Positions 27,609 through 41,950 of a stretch of 64,000 nucleotides of DNA are shown here, one piece after another. This stretch comes from Eledone cirrhosa. Lineage: Eukaryota. The notes under the pieces are model-generated. The model had not been told where the DNA came from. It saw only the letters and a program-made list of their open reading frames with translations, and did not search any database. Made by a program: the position numbers and the translations under genes. How positions within the stretch are numbered: the first letter of the stretch is position 1; each line of letters begins with the position of its first letter. Location: contig CAXHJY010001618.1 of NCBI GenBank assembly GCA_964016885.1, positions 32,042 to 96,041 on the forward strand, in the 5' to 3' direction.

Positions 27609-28270
27609 TAAATATAAGTATGTATACGTACATAGATATATGTATACAAACGTACAGTAGTATGTATATACATACATACAAGCACACATATATATATATG
27701 TACGTATGGGTTTACCGAACATTTATTATAATGTTCGGTTTGTTTGTAAAACAAACAGCACGAATTATTAGCCGTACAGTATTCGGCAACCATCGTTGCC
27801 ATTTTGTTCAACACTGACAAAGGAACGATGAACTAGTTTCTAGCTTATTAGCTGTCATCAGCACCGTATACCTTCCTGTCAGTTGATTGAACGTTTGAAA
27901 GTATATACTTTCCTCATGCATATTAACGGCTGGGCAGCCTAATTTGCATATCGAGTGAGTTAGTTGGCCGGACGTACCGAAAACGATAAATGGAAAAAAT
28001 GAAATTTCATTTCTCACTCTTAGTACGGCTGATACTTAAATATAAGTATGTATGCGTACATACATATATGTATACAGACGTACAGTAGTATGTATATACA
28101 TATATACATGCACACATATATATATATATGTAAGTATGGGTTTAACGAACATTTATTATATTGCTCGGTTTGTTTGTAAACAAACAGCCCGAAATATTAG
28201 CACTACAGTGTTTGGCAACCATCGTTGCCTTTTGTTCAACAATATACAGTATACTACTGTACGTCTGTAT
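27609..28270 (-). mobile_element. Non-coding retrozyme-like / mini-PLE element: 205-bp direct repeats, central HHR, small 5' inversion
   Basis: 27609-27813 resembles 28037-28241 (period 428); HHR at 27825-27867; 28251-28270 is the reverse complement of about 28072-28091; flanked by (TA)n. Confidence 0.7.
27825..27867 (-). ncRNA. Minimal type I hammerhead ribozyme
   Basis: ACGGUG CUGAUGA C-AGCU-AAUA-AGCU-A GAA AC-UA-GU U CAUCGU; 6-bp stem I; palindromic ACUAGU stem III. Confidence 0.8.
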
Positions 28271-28289
28271 ATATATATATATATATATA

Positions 28290-29030
28290 TAGAAGTGGTT
28301 ACACAACAGTTAGTTCACCATACCGAGAACAATTGTTTGACCTTAGCAGATCCTCAGCTCGAAATGGACATGGTTATACGGAACAGGAAGGACAACGGTA
28401 CGAACGCACATGCGTAGAAACGAACACTTCACGCAGTCAATACTAAATTGGGTGCGAGAGGTGTAAGGGAGATAACTGCGAAAGTTCGAAAGTGTCTAGT
28501 TGATAAGAAAATTAGCATGTTGTTGTAATTCAATCCCGAGCTTTGTAGTTATGTAAGAGGTATTTCCAGACGTGTGGACATCGTGTGTAGAATTCCTTTC
28601 TCGTGTTTAGGCAATCACTATTGCGTAATCTCTTTAGAATATTTATTCGTTCATCAATACATAGTCCACACGACGTATTGCTCCTTGCGTATGGCTTGGA
28701 CTTAGTGATGGCTTTCCATTGAATGGAGTAGTCTATACTTGAGTCCTTGAGAGACCATACGTGGCTCGCGAGTTTCATCGATGAGCGTCTGTCCGGGTAC
28801 CTAAAGTTCGACTGGTGTTTCAGTTGGTGATGTGGGCCTTCATGTTCTTAGCGCAGAAGTATTCTAGTTTTACTTTGTGTCGGTTAAAGATGGAGCGATA
28901 TTTATGACCTATGGGAAAGTATCTATCCAAAGTATCTATCTAAGAGGGCCAGAAACTTTTTGCCTACATTGGTTTTAACGTTGAGTGAGAAGGAAGGATA
29001 GAACCAGATAGTTTGTCTATTGTGACCCTA
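28290..29030 (-). mobile_element. Naiad-type PLE fragment (linker and GIY-YIG C-terminus, internally deleted)
   Basis: [37 protein letters not shown] and LASHVWSLKD..IQWK..CGLCIDE..LNTRKE..RCPH. Confidence 0.85.
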
Positions 29031-29048
29031 CCATTAATTGGTGGATTT

Positions 29049-29099
<51 letters not shown>

Positions 29100-29286
29100 G
29101 ATAAATCCACCAATTAATGGTATGGTCGAAGCCGCATGAAGAACTCAATGTAATCCGTATGTAGAAGATGTCGTGAAGCAAAGTTTAAAATACAGAATTT
29201 CAACGATATAATTCATTGGAAGCAGAGTCAAAATAATACAAATAGTGAAAACAATTAAATTAAACAAAATACGGGTAATTTATAGT

Positions 29287-29444
29287 AAAACTCATTATTT
29301 TACGACCGTTTCTGGGGGGGGGGGGGGGTAGTTCTCCGTATGTTCATTCTATTAGTGATCTATGTAAAATATATTACAAATTATCAAAGTAAGAAAATAT
29401 ACATACGTCATCCCTACCCGCCGTCTTCAGAAATAATGAGTTTT
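29287..29444 (-). ncRNA. Type I hammerhead with 14-bp stem I and a stem II region of about 110 nt, in a PLE-like tip (about 29100-29470)
   Basis: AAAACUCAUUAUUU CUGAAGA [GGGUAG/CUACCC, CGUAUG/CAUACG] GAA AC-GGUC-GU A AAAUAAUGAGUUUU. Confidence 0.7.
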
Positions 29445-29871
29445 GTATTTTTTGAAGAATATAAACATGTATGAATAAGTGGCAGTGGCATCAACAATGG
29501 AAGACATTGGCAGTGGTGGAAAGCCATTTTCGGCATCTGCATGAGATATTAAGTTTTGGTTGCATTTGCTGTTATTGTTACTAAAACTACGGGGGCTGTT
29601 GCTCTTAGTGTTGTTGTTATTGTTGCTGTTATTGCTGCTGCTATCATTGTTTTCTTAATGTTGCCTATTCCTCTTCTTGGACAACTGGCCATTCCATTTA
29701 GCGGACACAAAGTTTTTGTCCACCATGTTAATTTCCACTAAACACCGAAGGGCGTGTTTCATAAACAAACACGTATTTATCCCCTGATGTCTATAGGGTG
29801 AGCTAAACTAACCGGCTCACAAAGATACTGGTTAGTTTGACTACACAAGAGTCACAAAAGTTAAGTAATCA

Positions 29872-30047
29872 TGTGTGTAAAGAGAGAGAGAAATAATATA
29901 TATTTATTACACCAGTATACTACCACAATTAATTACATTTAACTAGAATCTGTTACCAATAAATACAATTTGTGTCGACAAATACCACTAGTAATTCTCT
30001 TGAAATCTATTTTTTGCCTCTGTATATGAATATGTATATGTGTACAT
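29872..30047 (+). repeat. Local duplication of about 175 bp (second copy about 30973-31147)
   Basis: Colinear from AAATAATATATATTTATTACACCAGTATACTACC to GTGTACAT. Confidence 0.9.
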
Positions 30048-30062
30048 GTATATATATATGAG

Positions 30063-30465
30063 TGAAGGCGCATGGCTTAGTGGTTAGAGCAATAGGCTTG
30101 CAATCGAAAGGTTGTGAGTTCAATTCTCGGACCGGGTGATGTGTTGTTTCCTTGAGCAAGACACTTCATTTCACGTTGTTTCACTTTACTCAGCTGAAAA
30201 TGAGTACCAGCAATAGCTGGAGGTTTAACCCTGCGAAGGACTGGCGTCCTGTCCAGGGGGCAGTCTTGTACACTCAGTCGCTTCACGTCATGAAACCTGA
30301 ATAAGCACCGGCCAAAATGAGACTTCTGGCTTAAGACAGACTTTAGACTTATGGCCTATCCGCCCAGCCAGTGGGATGGCGTCATCGTATGGCTAAAGCA
30401 GCAACGTGCTGTGACCAACGTGCTGTGACGCCCGACAGACTGGTGGGTCAAAGTGATCAAGGTGA
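30063..30465 (+). mobile_element. tRNA-derived SINE
   Basis: A box TGGCTTAGTGG, B box GTTCAATTC, then CCTTGAGCAAGACACTT and CCCTGCGAAGGACTGGCGTCCTGTCCAGGGG. Confidence 0.85.
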
Positions 30466-30905
30466 TATATATGAATTTCGTATTTCTAAAGACATACGGT
30501 ATGTTTATAAATAAACATTTACAAAGCCATAGCTATGAATAGCACACTGGCAGCTAACGCCACCAGGCGGTACCCGGCAGAAGCAAAGGGGACAATGCTT
30601 TTCGTACTCAACATGTTGTCGTCAGGACGATCTGCCCCGCTATTGCAACTGCCGAACTTTGAAAACGTTTTTTCGTCTGTGTAAATGTCATATATATTCC
30701 GTTCCCTTGTCGCTTCAATTTAGGATTACCTCATGATTGTAACACCTTATTATGTAAGAAGCTGTCTGATGAGAATGGCACTAGTTACTACACGGAATCA
30801 CGTGGCCACTGTATCATCTAAACTACTTTGTATTTCCTTATTCTAAAAATACTCCGCCATTCCGATATGGATCAATGTACGTTGTGTTCTTGATTTGAAT
30901 TACAT

Positions 30906-30982
<77 letters not shown>

Positions 30983-31192
30983 GAGGGAGAGAAATAATAT
31001 ATATTTATTACACCAGTATACTACCACAATTAATTACATTTAACTAGAATCTGTTACCAATAAATACAATCTTTGTCGACATATAAACTAGTAATTGTCT
31101 TGAAATCTATTTTTTTGCCTCTGTATATGAATATGTATATGTGTACATATATATACCTCTATACGTACACATACACACGCACACACACACAT

Positions 31193-31230
<38 letters not shown>

Positions 31231-31239
31231 CATACACAA

Positions 31240-31278
<39 letters not shown>

Positions 31279-31835
31279 CGTATACACGCCTACATACACA
31301 ATCATACACATACACACACACTCATATATATAGTACGAAACATCGATAGATTTAAAGCCAGAGGCACAAAAGTCAACGCAATTTTCCGATGTTGCTTTAT
31401 ATAAACTGCTCAACAGAAGCTATGCCACGTGGGTGGATAATTCACCTCGAAGCATATCATATACTTTTTCATAGGAAAGTGGAACCAATATTGAACAAAC
31501 GGGGGGATAACTATCAAAGAACTTTAAGCATTCTAACTGTTAAATCAAGAAAGATTTGCGATTCTTACACTTCCATCACCCTTAGAAAATATTTTGGTTG
31601 ACCAAAATACTTAGGTTTCGACTTCCTAAAAAATATGACAGACACCAGTATTGAAAATTGATTTTTGCAAAATTTTTCTAGTTTTAACAGGTTTTGTTAA
31701 GCCTACATAGAGGCATCTTTTGCGACAGCTATCGACCGTTAACTGACAAGGAAAGGGCTATCAGTGTGTTTGGCTGAAGGATGCTAAATATATCGTCAGC
31801 TTCCCAGCCAAACTAAAGCAACTTGCCTGACCAAG

Positions 31836-31872
<37 letters not shown>

Positions 31873-31875
<3 letters not shown>

Positions 31876-32133
31876 TTACAAAACGAAAAATCAGTGATGC
31901 TTCTGGACTCAGTTTATTGTGTGTTACAATTGTTTCGCCGGCAGGTAGCTCGAGACATGATCACTGTATGGATCTTCCTGCCGGCGAAACAATTGTAACA
32001 CGCAATAAACTGAGTCCAGAAGCATCACTGATTTTTCGGTTTTTTATACTATTCCCACTCTGCTCTGTATGAATATTGAGTGCTAATTTTTGCATACCGC
32101 CTATGGAAGCACCATAGCTACCATTATGCATAC

Positions 32134-32134
<1 letters not shown>
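31873..32134 (+). mobile_element. PLE 3' tip with inverted 5' duplication of about 65 bp
   Basis: Arms at 31880-31946 and 31976-32042; contains the HHR 3' half GAAACAATTGTA; flanked by (TA)n. Confidence 0.75.
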
Positions 32135-32174
<40 letters not shown>

Positions 32175-33037
32175 TATAATTTTTTATGGATGTGCCGATA
32201 TACTGTGTCTATGTGCATATTATCCAATTAGAGAATAATATATCTTTATATAATACGTAGAAAATATAGAACGCTACTTAATTTTCCTGTAGGTTACGTG
32301 GCTGGAAAGTGAGTTCAAAGAAGTCAATTGACGGATATTTTCCTATGCGTTTGTTTTACATTTTTCTGTGATTTAATCTGATCATGTCATGTCTTAAACC
32401 CAAGAAGCGTTGTTTTAAGTATGCCATCTCTATGGTGGCTGATAAATATTTATCTAATGGATACAATATGTATATGGTATATATATATGGGTATGTATGT
32501 TTAGAAAGCCGTACAATGCAAGTGGGTTAGGATTGCCAAGGTACCAAGTTAAAAGGGAATTGAGGTAGAAAGCAAAAGTGATAGAAGAAAAATAAAATAA
32601 AATGATTGAAAGTTAACTTTACAATTTAAAAGTCCCAGAATATTTCGGATTAATTATCTATTATCAAGGATGGGTCTATTGGAGGGGGTGTAGAGAAAAT
32701 TGTGTATATGCATGTACATGATATTAGATATTTGTGATAGTTTCGACATAAATAATTAGTAAAATTTGGTGTCTATAACAAAGGAACGTGAGTGTATGAG
32801 ACTTTTAAATAGGCGATGACGTATTGTGTTTATAAATGTGTATTTATAGTGTTCAGTGTTCACTACACTAGATTACTGGTTTGTCTGATGTATGTGGTAA
32901 ACTCTCCTGGCTGGCCAGATATTTATCAAAGTTTAAGCATCTATTAAAACACTCTTCTATGATGTTGAAATACTTATGAGAGATCCCATCCCGTCCGTTG
33001 GGATCAGGAGATGGACTGATCCTTGAACACTGTGTGC

Positions 33038-33089
<52 letters not shown>

Positions 33090-34209
33090 GACCCCCCCCC
33101 ACACACACACATGCACACAAATCTTGCAATATTTCTTGTGCACACTCACACTTAGTGTAGTTCTTCGTGAGATTCAGTGTGTGTTTTCCAATTTGATCAG
33201 GATATAAGTTTTTTTCTGCATTAGAAAGGTGGAATGTTTTGGCACGACTGCTTGCTTCTTTGAAGAATATTCCAATTGATTGTGGAGATTTTTCACATTC
33301 CACTTAACTTTGGGCACATACTCGCAATTTACTTAAACTATTTTATATTCGATGGGTAGATTGATTGACATTGTTTGAACTTACCCACAACCACACGTGT
33401 ATACGGTACTCTCTGGGTTGTTTGGTATGGTATCGTTGAGATATCTTCAGCTTCCGTATATTATTACAGTTTTATATTAATTTCACATTATCAAGATTAA
33501 AATCAATAACATTATTCTAGAAAAGAAGTTAATAATGATAAAGAATTTTTCACCCTATAAACAAATATTCTCTGGAAATTCAACCTCCTGGAAATTCTGA
33601 GATTCCTATCAGGTTAATGATTGCTATTTAAAATATATTGTGAGAGTAACGAAATGTAAGATGCCAAGATACACATTCGGGGACCATACTACAATTTTGT
33701 ATATATGGAACCAGTGAGTGAAGTTTTTACATGTTATCTCAATGTTTAAAGATAACAGCCAAATCTTTATAAAATTACTGCCCACGACCTTAAAGAGAAC
33801 ACGATAGATACAAAATTAATGACAATAGCTCCTAAATAACTTTAATTATTTCTTACATTATTGAGAAGCGATGTGTATATACATGTATGAGTATCTAGAA
33901 ACGTATTTGAATGTGTGTGTGTGTGTACATTATTTATAAGTATAATTGCTGCAGTGTGTTTCTCTTAAAAGAACGAGAAAATAAAACACACAATTTAAGA
34001 GGAAGTACTCAATACACCAGGCTAAGTACATGTATTTACATTAAAAACACTGGTTAGTTTTATAACACACATCTGGTTTCTTTCTCTAAAGAACTGATGA
34101 ATTTTATATATATAAGAAATTAACGACGAGCCCTGTAAATGTTACTATTTAAAAGAAAGATATTTATAATCGTATTTATGTGAGTGCGCATATGTTTCAT
34201 TGTGCGCGT

Positions 34210-34256
<47 letters not shown>

Positions 34257-34578
34257 TGCGTATTTTACGTATCATCAGACACATTTGATTAAATAGTGAT
34301 GTGTGTATGAATGTATATGTATATGTAAGTACAAATCTATGTACGTACGCATGTATGTGTGTATGTATGTATGTATATATATATGTATGAATATAAAGTG
34401 TACTCTAGTTGAAAGCTAGCTCCATTCCTGTTCTGCTGTCAAAAGTCGTGAATATCATATTGTGATGAAAGGGGTGAGAGGTAAGATAGATATATTGAAG
34501 ATGTAGTTGGAATGTAGGTCATTGTGCACTGAATATATATATAAACATAAACATACATACTTACATATATGTATATAT

Positions 34579-34641
<63 letters not shown>

Positions 34642-35159
34642 ACGCGTGCGTGCGTGCGTGCGTGTGTGTGAATCTGTATGTGTGTATCTGTATGTGTGTG
34701 TGTATCTGTATGTGTGTATCTGTATGTGTGTATCTGTATGTGTGTGTGTCTGTGTGCATGTGCGTGTTTGTATGTATTTGTATCTGTTATTTTATCTAGA
34801 ATGCTGAGTGAAAATTAAAACATTTACTAGTGAGCAATCTCACTACTGGTGATAAGTAAAATTTATTTCATATAGTCTTTGGCTGTGACTTTAAACTCCG
34901 CCAGGTGGGGTTCATTCATGCGCATGTACGCAGGTGCTCTCATACATACATGAATATGTGTATTTATTATATGAATATTAGTGGTCCTGACTCGGTTACG
35001 TCCATGTAGAGACGGATGTGGTCATCTCAATCCCACTCAGTTGGTAGCAAGCTGGATTCTTCATTGGGGACTGGGCACACATTGTGCTCCGGTAAGGTGA
35101 TATTTCAGTATTTCTTTATGCTTTTCAATGTTTCTTAAGTAACTCACGGAATCAAGTAG

Positions 35160-37350
35160 GGTTACTGGAATGTCTTGACGCGCTCACAGCCCTCGACCAG
35201 TCGGACGATGCGATCGGTGGATATTCCACCTTGGCGTTCTATTGAAGGTTAGTGGAGGGAAAGAGCGACGATGTCCTTGGGGAGACTCTGGGCGTCGATG
35301 AAAATCAACTAGCCAATCTCTTCGGGAGAACTTTCAGACCAGAGCCCATGAACAACTTCCAAAAATCCCTGGCTTGGCAGGGAGCTTTGCCAGTTCGGGA
35401 TAAACTCTATAGGCATGGAAGTGCCGTCAGTCGGACCTGTCAGAGATATGCGCAGGGTGATGAAACCGTCTTGCACGCACTCGTTGAGTGTCTGAGCATT
35501 ACTGACTTGATGGTATATGTCGAGCACCTGCTGCCACGTGTAGGACGGGTCCGACTATCGACTGAATCCATTGTGAAGGAGAACTTTGATATTTAGATGC
35601 ATTTCATTGTTAATCCGCAAAGCAGATTTGGCTCCATAATCTAAAATGGAGGCTGCACTAAAATGAGATATCGAGAGGATATCGAGTATATAGTAAGGAG
35701 CAGACATTTCAGCACCATCTTGGTGCTGTTAAAAATCAAAATCTTTGCTATCAAACACGCGGTAGACCTCTGTGAAACGGACCGCATTGTGATGTACCTG
35801 TCCCACATAGGAAAAAGATCGGTGAAGGACCGCATTCCACGGATATCATCAGGATTGGATTTATGGTCTTGGGGTGTGTGATCGAGGAGCACATCAATAG
35901 TAACCTCATAGACTTTCTTAAAACAGCGAGAGGAAGACTGGTCTAGTGTGTGCTTAGAGATTCTTCTGCAAATAAAGCCGGATCGGCTGAAGAACATCAC
36001 GGACTATGTAAGCCTATAGGACGGGTCTGCAATAGAAGTGGTCACTAAGGGTAGAAGGATACACCAATAATAGAAGTAATATCACTAGCAGCTATAACAC
36101 CATCAACATCTAAAACCAAGACAGAAATCACCCAAGAGGAAGATAAGGAAAGCACTCCCACACCTACTCCCGAAATAAATACACACATAATCACACAAAC
36201 ACATACACATAATCAGACACAGAACCTCGTCTTCCCGTGGCGAAGTGTGGGTACTACCACAACGTCATCTGTTACCGCTTGACCATCGTGCCTTGCCCCC
36301 ATTCGCGCCTCGCCAGATTGGAACGGCTCCTCTTCAACTTCTTGTAGAGGAGACAGGTTCCGTTGATGAGGTGGTCCATCTGCTGCCAGCACCCTTCTAA
36401 GCGGAGGACAGTGCATGTCGTGGTTAATGATGAGCTGAGGCTACGGACTCTCCAGATATTCTACCTAAATAGTGAACAGGTGTGGCCACCGTTTGTGAGA
36501 CAGGCCTTTCGGCAACTTGTCTCTTTGACTGAGCTGCAGTCCTGGGCCAAGGAGAGACCGAGACTAGGAATCTGGCGCTCACTTCCCTCTACCAGCGGGG
36601 CAATGCCGTCAGTGGAACTTCCACACTCGAATCATATAGAGGATTAGTGGTGGGCAACTGCGACGACGGCCTCGGAGAGGTTTGGGCATCGATGAAGTCG
36701 AACTTACCAGTCTGTTCCGGAAGACTTTCGAGCTGGGACATTGGATAACTTCCAGAAATCCTTCGCTTAGCAGTGCTGCCGGAGGACACTGTCGTTTTGA
36801 GATAAACTCTACAGGCACGGAATTGCGGTGAGGCGGACCCGGCCAAGATTTTCGCAGAGCGACGAAAGCGTTCTGCACGCAAACGTCCACTGCCCGTGCA
36901 TTACTGACTTGTGGAGTTATGTCGAACAACTATTATCACGTGTAGAACGGGTCCGCCCATTGACCTAGTACATAGTGAAGATCGCCCACCACCTTCTTTT
37001 AGCCAGAAAGGGCTGGCAGTTTTACTCTGTCTGGTGGCGGTAGGAGAGGGAAGTGATGCCCCTCTATACATTTGCTAAAAGGTGGGTGAATGTGGCAAGA
37101 ATGGCCTACTCTGAGTATGCGCTTGTAGGCTGGTTGATTTAAAGAGGAGAGGGGTGCCCTCCCTGGGTGCTCACGAAGTGTCAGGTGGTTTAGAATTGGT
37201 GTAGTACTTGAGTCACCACTGGCTGGTTCTCCCCACTATTAGGGAACTCTGTTGGTTGTACCTTTAATATTTATTGTTATTGTTTATGTACATTTTTTAT
37301 ACGATTTTAATGTAAACTCCCACTATCCCTGTCCATTGTATTGTCCCCTA
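35160..37350 (+). mobile_element. Scrambled Tx1-like fragments (ORF2 C-terminus 35160-35580, possible ORF1 piece 35590-36070, ORF2 C-terminus and 3' UTR 36255-37350)
   Basis: MNNFQKSLAWQGALPVRDKLYRHG..ETVLHAL and RWSICCQHPSK..WPPFVRQAF are homologous to 2200-3200. Confidence 0.8.
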
Positions 37351-37351
37351 T

Positions 37352-37770
37352 ATGGGGTTGATAAAATAAAGTACCAGTACCAATTATTATTATTATTATT
37401 ATTGTTATTATTATGGGCGGTTCATTGGCAGTATCGGTAGAGCATAGGCACTCCCTCCTTCATGGTTTAGAGTTACGACCCTTTACGTTCTGATTTCAAA
37501 TGCTGCAGAGGTTATCTTTGCCTTTCATCCTTACGGATTCGATAAAATAATGTACCAGTAACGAATCCGGGTCGATTTAATTGACTTTCCTCTTCCCAAA
37601 CATTGTTGGTCTTGTATCTAAAACTAAATCAGAAAGCATTACTTTCAAATTCGGCGAGGTTAGCTTGCCTTACGGGTGTTGATAAAGTAAAGTACCACCA
37701 TTGCATGGGTCGTTTTAATTGACTTTCCCTTCCTCCAAAATTGTTGTCCTTGCGCCTAGATCAATAAAAC
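37352..37770 (+). mobile_element. Cluster of Meta-like SINE units
   Basis: Repeated GCCTTTCATCCTTACGG..GATAAAATAA.GTACCAG, as at 14503-15010. Confidence 0.75.
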
Positions 37771-37970
37771 ATTCGTCGTAGTACTAGAAGCAGAGTTATG
37801 ATTCATTGCTTATATTGGTATTATTGCTTAACAACATGACTTAAGATCAAAGGCATTCCAACAATTTCCTTCCTATCCTTTCAAGTATTATTTATTTCTC
37901 ATTATATAATCTAATTTGTATTTTACTACTTTAGCAAGATTTGGCTGTTATTTCTAGTAATAGCTAGAAG

Positions 37971-37971
<1 letters not shown>

Positions 37972-38019
<48 letters not shown>

Positions 38020-38162
38020 GCAACAGTAGTAGTAGTAGTAGCAGCAGGAACAGTAGTAGCAGCACCAGTAGCAGTAGTAGTGGTAGCAGTAGTAGTAGTA
38101 GTAGTAGTAGCAGCAGTAGCAGCAGTAGCAGCAGTAGCAGTAGTAGTAGTAGTAGTAGTAGT

Positions 38163-38197
<35 letters not shown>

Positions 38198-38219
38198 CAG
38201 TAGTAGTAGTAGTAGCAGC

Positions 38220-38273
<54 letters not shown>

Positions 38274-38324
38274 AGTAGTAGCAGCAGTAGTAACAGTAGT
38301 GGTAGAAGTGGTAGTAGTAGTAGT

Positions 38325-38392
<68 letters not shown>

Positions 38393-38414
38393 GAGTAGCA
38401 GCAGTACCATCAGC

Positions 38415-38445
<31 letters not shown>

Positions 38446-38450
38446 TAGTA
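37972..38450. repeat. (GCA)n/(GTA)n compound trinucleotide repeat
   Basis: Seen directly. Confidence 0.95.
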
Positions 38451-38958
38451 TAAACAACAACATATATACCACTAGTAGACGTAACGGTCTGTTACAGCAA
38501 AATGTTTCATTTCCATCATCGCTCATGCAAGGTTCAGAGCGGCGATAGCTGATGTAAGTTATAGCAGGTCCCTGAGGAAACATTAAAGACTTCTTGATGA
38601 CATTAGCTTGAAGTAAGTTTAGGGAAAGGTAATATTGAAGTGAATGTTTGTGAAAGTTGGGTAGAGGTTGCCAGTTGAGTATTCGGAGAATAATAACGTT
38701 AAATATGTATAAATATATTTCATTCTTATACTAGCTTCAGTCATTGAACTACGGCCAAGCTATGGTATACTACCCTCATATGTACACATATATATATCAC
38801 AAACACAGATACACACACACACATACATAAATATATCTATATCTATATATCTATATCTATCTATCTATTTTCTCTTTTTCTACCCCCCCCCCTCTCTCTC
38901 TCTGTCTCTCTCTTATTATATATATATATATATATATAACTATATATATATATATAAT

Positions 38959-38990
<32 letters not shown>

Positions 38991-39047
38991 AATATATATA
39001 TGTATATAAATATATATATATATATATATACATATATATGTATGTAA

Positions 39048-39147
<100 letters not shown>

Positions 39148-39248
39148 ATGAAAGTGTACAGTCATACGTATACACATTCATATGCATATATATATATATA
39201 TATATATATACTGATTTATGTGTACATTCATACGTATACACATTCATA

Positions 39249-39313
<65 letters not shown>

Positions 39314-39794
39314 CATCCATGGTTTACGGCTGCTCATGGACAAATTTATAAAACCAAAGACGAAAATATGTAGAAATATATAGAAAGAAGCATGAAGCAA
39401 ACAAACAGAGAAAACTACATAGATATAAAACAGAAAAAAAAAAATAGTCTAAATTTTTCTTTCATGGTTATTTCATCAAACATCTAACGAAGTAATGATA
39501 AATAGATAATGAAACATATAGCCATAAGATGATCAGGCCCTTTCCCTTGCTATGTTCTCTTTATCCCACACCATTTCTCTATATTTTGTACATTTGTTAC
39601 AGACTTGTCCTTTCCACCATCCCACTCTTTATTTTTCATCCGCGAATTAATGGCTGAAATCTTGTTTATCGTTCTTTTTTATGGGCGCATTATTAACTTA
39701 TCTCTGAGATGAAAGATTTACTCAGTTTAAATGAATACATACATATAATGAAACATAGGTACATATACATAGGAATACACACACACACACGCAT

Positions 39795-39919
<125 letters not shown>

Positions 39920-39964
39920 TGTATATATATACATGTAAAAGTTAAACAGAAATAACAACACAAT

Positions 39965-40845
<881 letters not shown>

Positions 40846-40859
40846 ATATATATATATGA

Positions 40860-41222
40860 AAAATAACAACCTGAACCCCCCTTGTTTGAAGAACTTTGTA
40901 ACGCAAACTGGCGCGAAATGTATTATAATTATTAACCAACCAATCAAATTACTTCTCTAAAACCTGGCATTTCGAGCCACTTTTTTCCATATAAAACAAG
41001 TAACATTCAGAGACCAACCAGGTGTGAGAAAAACCACAGACCCTCCATCTCAACTTTACTTTGAAAAGCAGAAGAACTGCGAAACCGGTAAAGGAACCAA
41101 ATAAATATATATTTTAAAAAAAATAAGACTCCAGTTGCATTTTCGATTTCATCTTTTTTTCTTTATACTTTCACTCGTATAGGACACCTCGGTTATTTCT
41201 CATTTTGTAAAAAAACCCTCAC

Positions 41223-41230
<8 letters not shown>
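40860..41230 (+). mobile_element. Non-coding PLE-like tip with a U3-A8 hammerhead; second copy at 61085-61425
   Basis: Two highly similar copies of about 340 bp between (TA)n tracts; both contain UUGAAAA GCAG-AAGAA-CUGC GAA ACCGGU A AAG. Confidence 0.75.
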
Positions 41231-41263
<33 letters not shown>

Positions 41264-41675
41264 TACATACATATATTATAGATACACACATACACATATA
41301 TATATATATACATACAAAACGTACTCTTCGCTGACAACGAATCAATCAATACTTATAAAATCTCATATATGTATACATGTATGTATGTATGTATGTATGT
41401 ATGTATGTATGTATGTATGTATGTATGTATGTATGTATGTATGTATGTATGCATGCATGTATGTATGTATGTATGTATGTATTTATATATATATATATGA
41501 ATTTATGAATGAATGCATATATATATATATACCTCTCACCACCTCTTACCATATTGCCTGTCATCAATCTAGTACATTCCCGCGAAGGCATATATTGCAT
41601 ATATTGCTACATATATCCGTGTATGCATATATCTATGTATATAAATGTACATTTAATTATTTGTAATTAATTATG

Positions 41676-41950
41676 TTCCTCCTCCTCCTCCTCCTCCTCC
41701 TCCTCCTTCTTCTTCTTCTTCTTCTTCTTCTTCTTCTTCTTCTTCTTCTTCTTCTTCTTCTTCTTCTTCTTCTTCTTCTTCTTCTTCTTCTTCTTTGCCT
41801 TCTTCTTCTTTGCCTTCTTCTTCTTTGCCTTCTTCTTCTTCTTCTTCTTCTTCTTCTTCTTCTTCTTCTTCTTCTTCTTCTTCTTCTTCTTCTTCTTCTT
41901 CTTCTTCTTCTTCTTCTTCTTCTTCTTCTTCTTCTTCTTCTTCTTCTTCA
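41676..41950. repeat. (CTC)n/(TTC)n repeat
   Basis: Seen directly. Confidence 0.95.

Noticed and set aside
30063-30140. tRNA gene
   Set aside because: A and B boxes are present, but the sequence continues into a SINE body and lacks a complete cloverleaf.
30760-31660. Partial hammerhead-like strings (CTGATGAG at about 30767; GAAACCTAAGTA on - near 31610)
   Set aside because: I could not form all three stems with both core boxes.
37964-38448. Poly-Leu/Val ORFs, likewise the poly-K/E/S ORFs at 41667-42064 and the many YI/CV/HT-repeat ORFs
   Set aside because: These are translations of microsatellites with no coding evidence.
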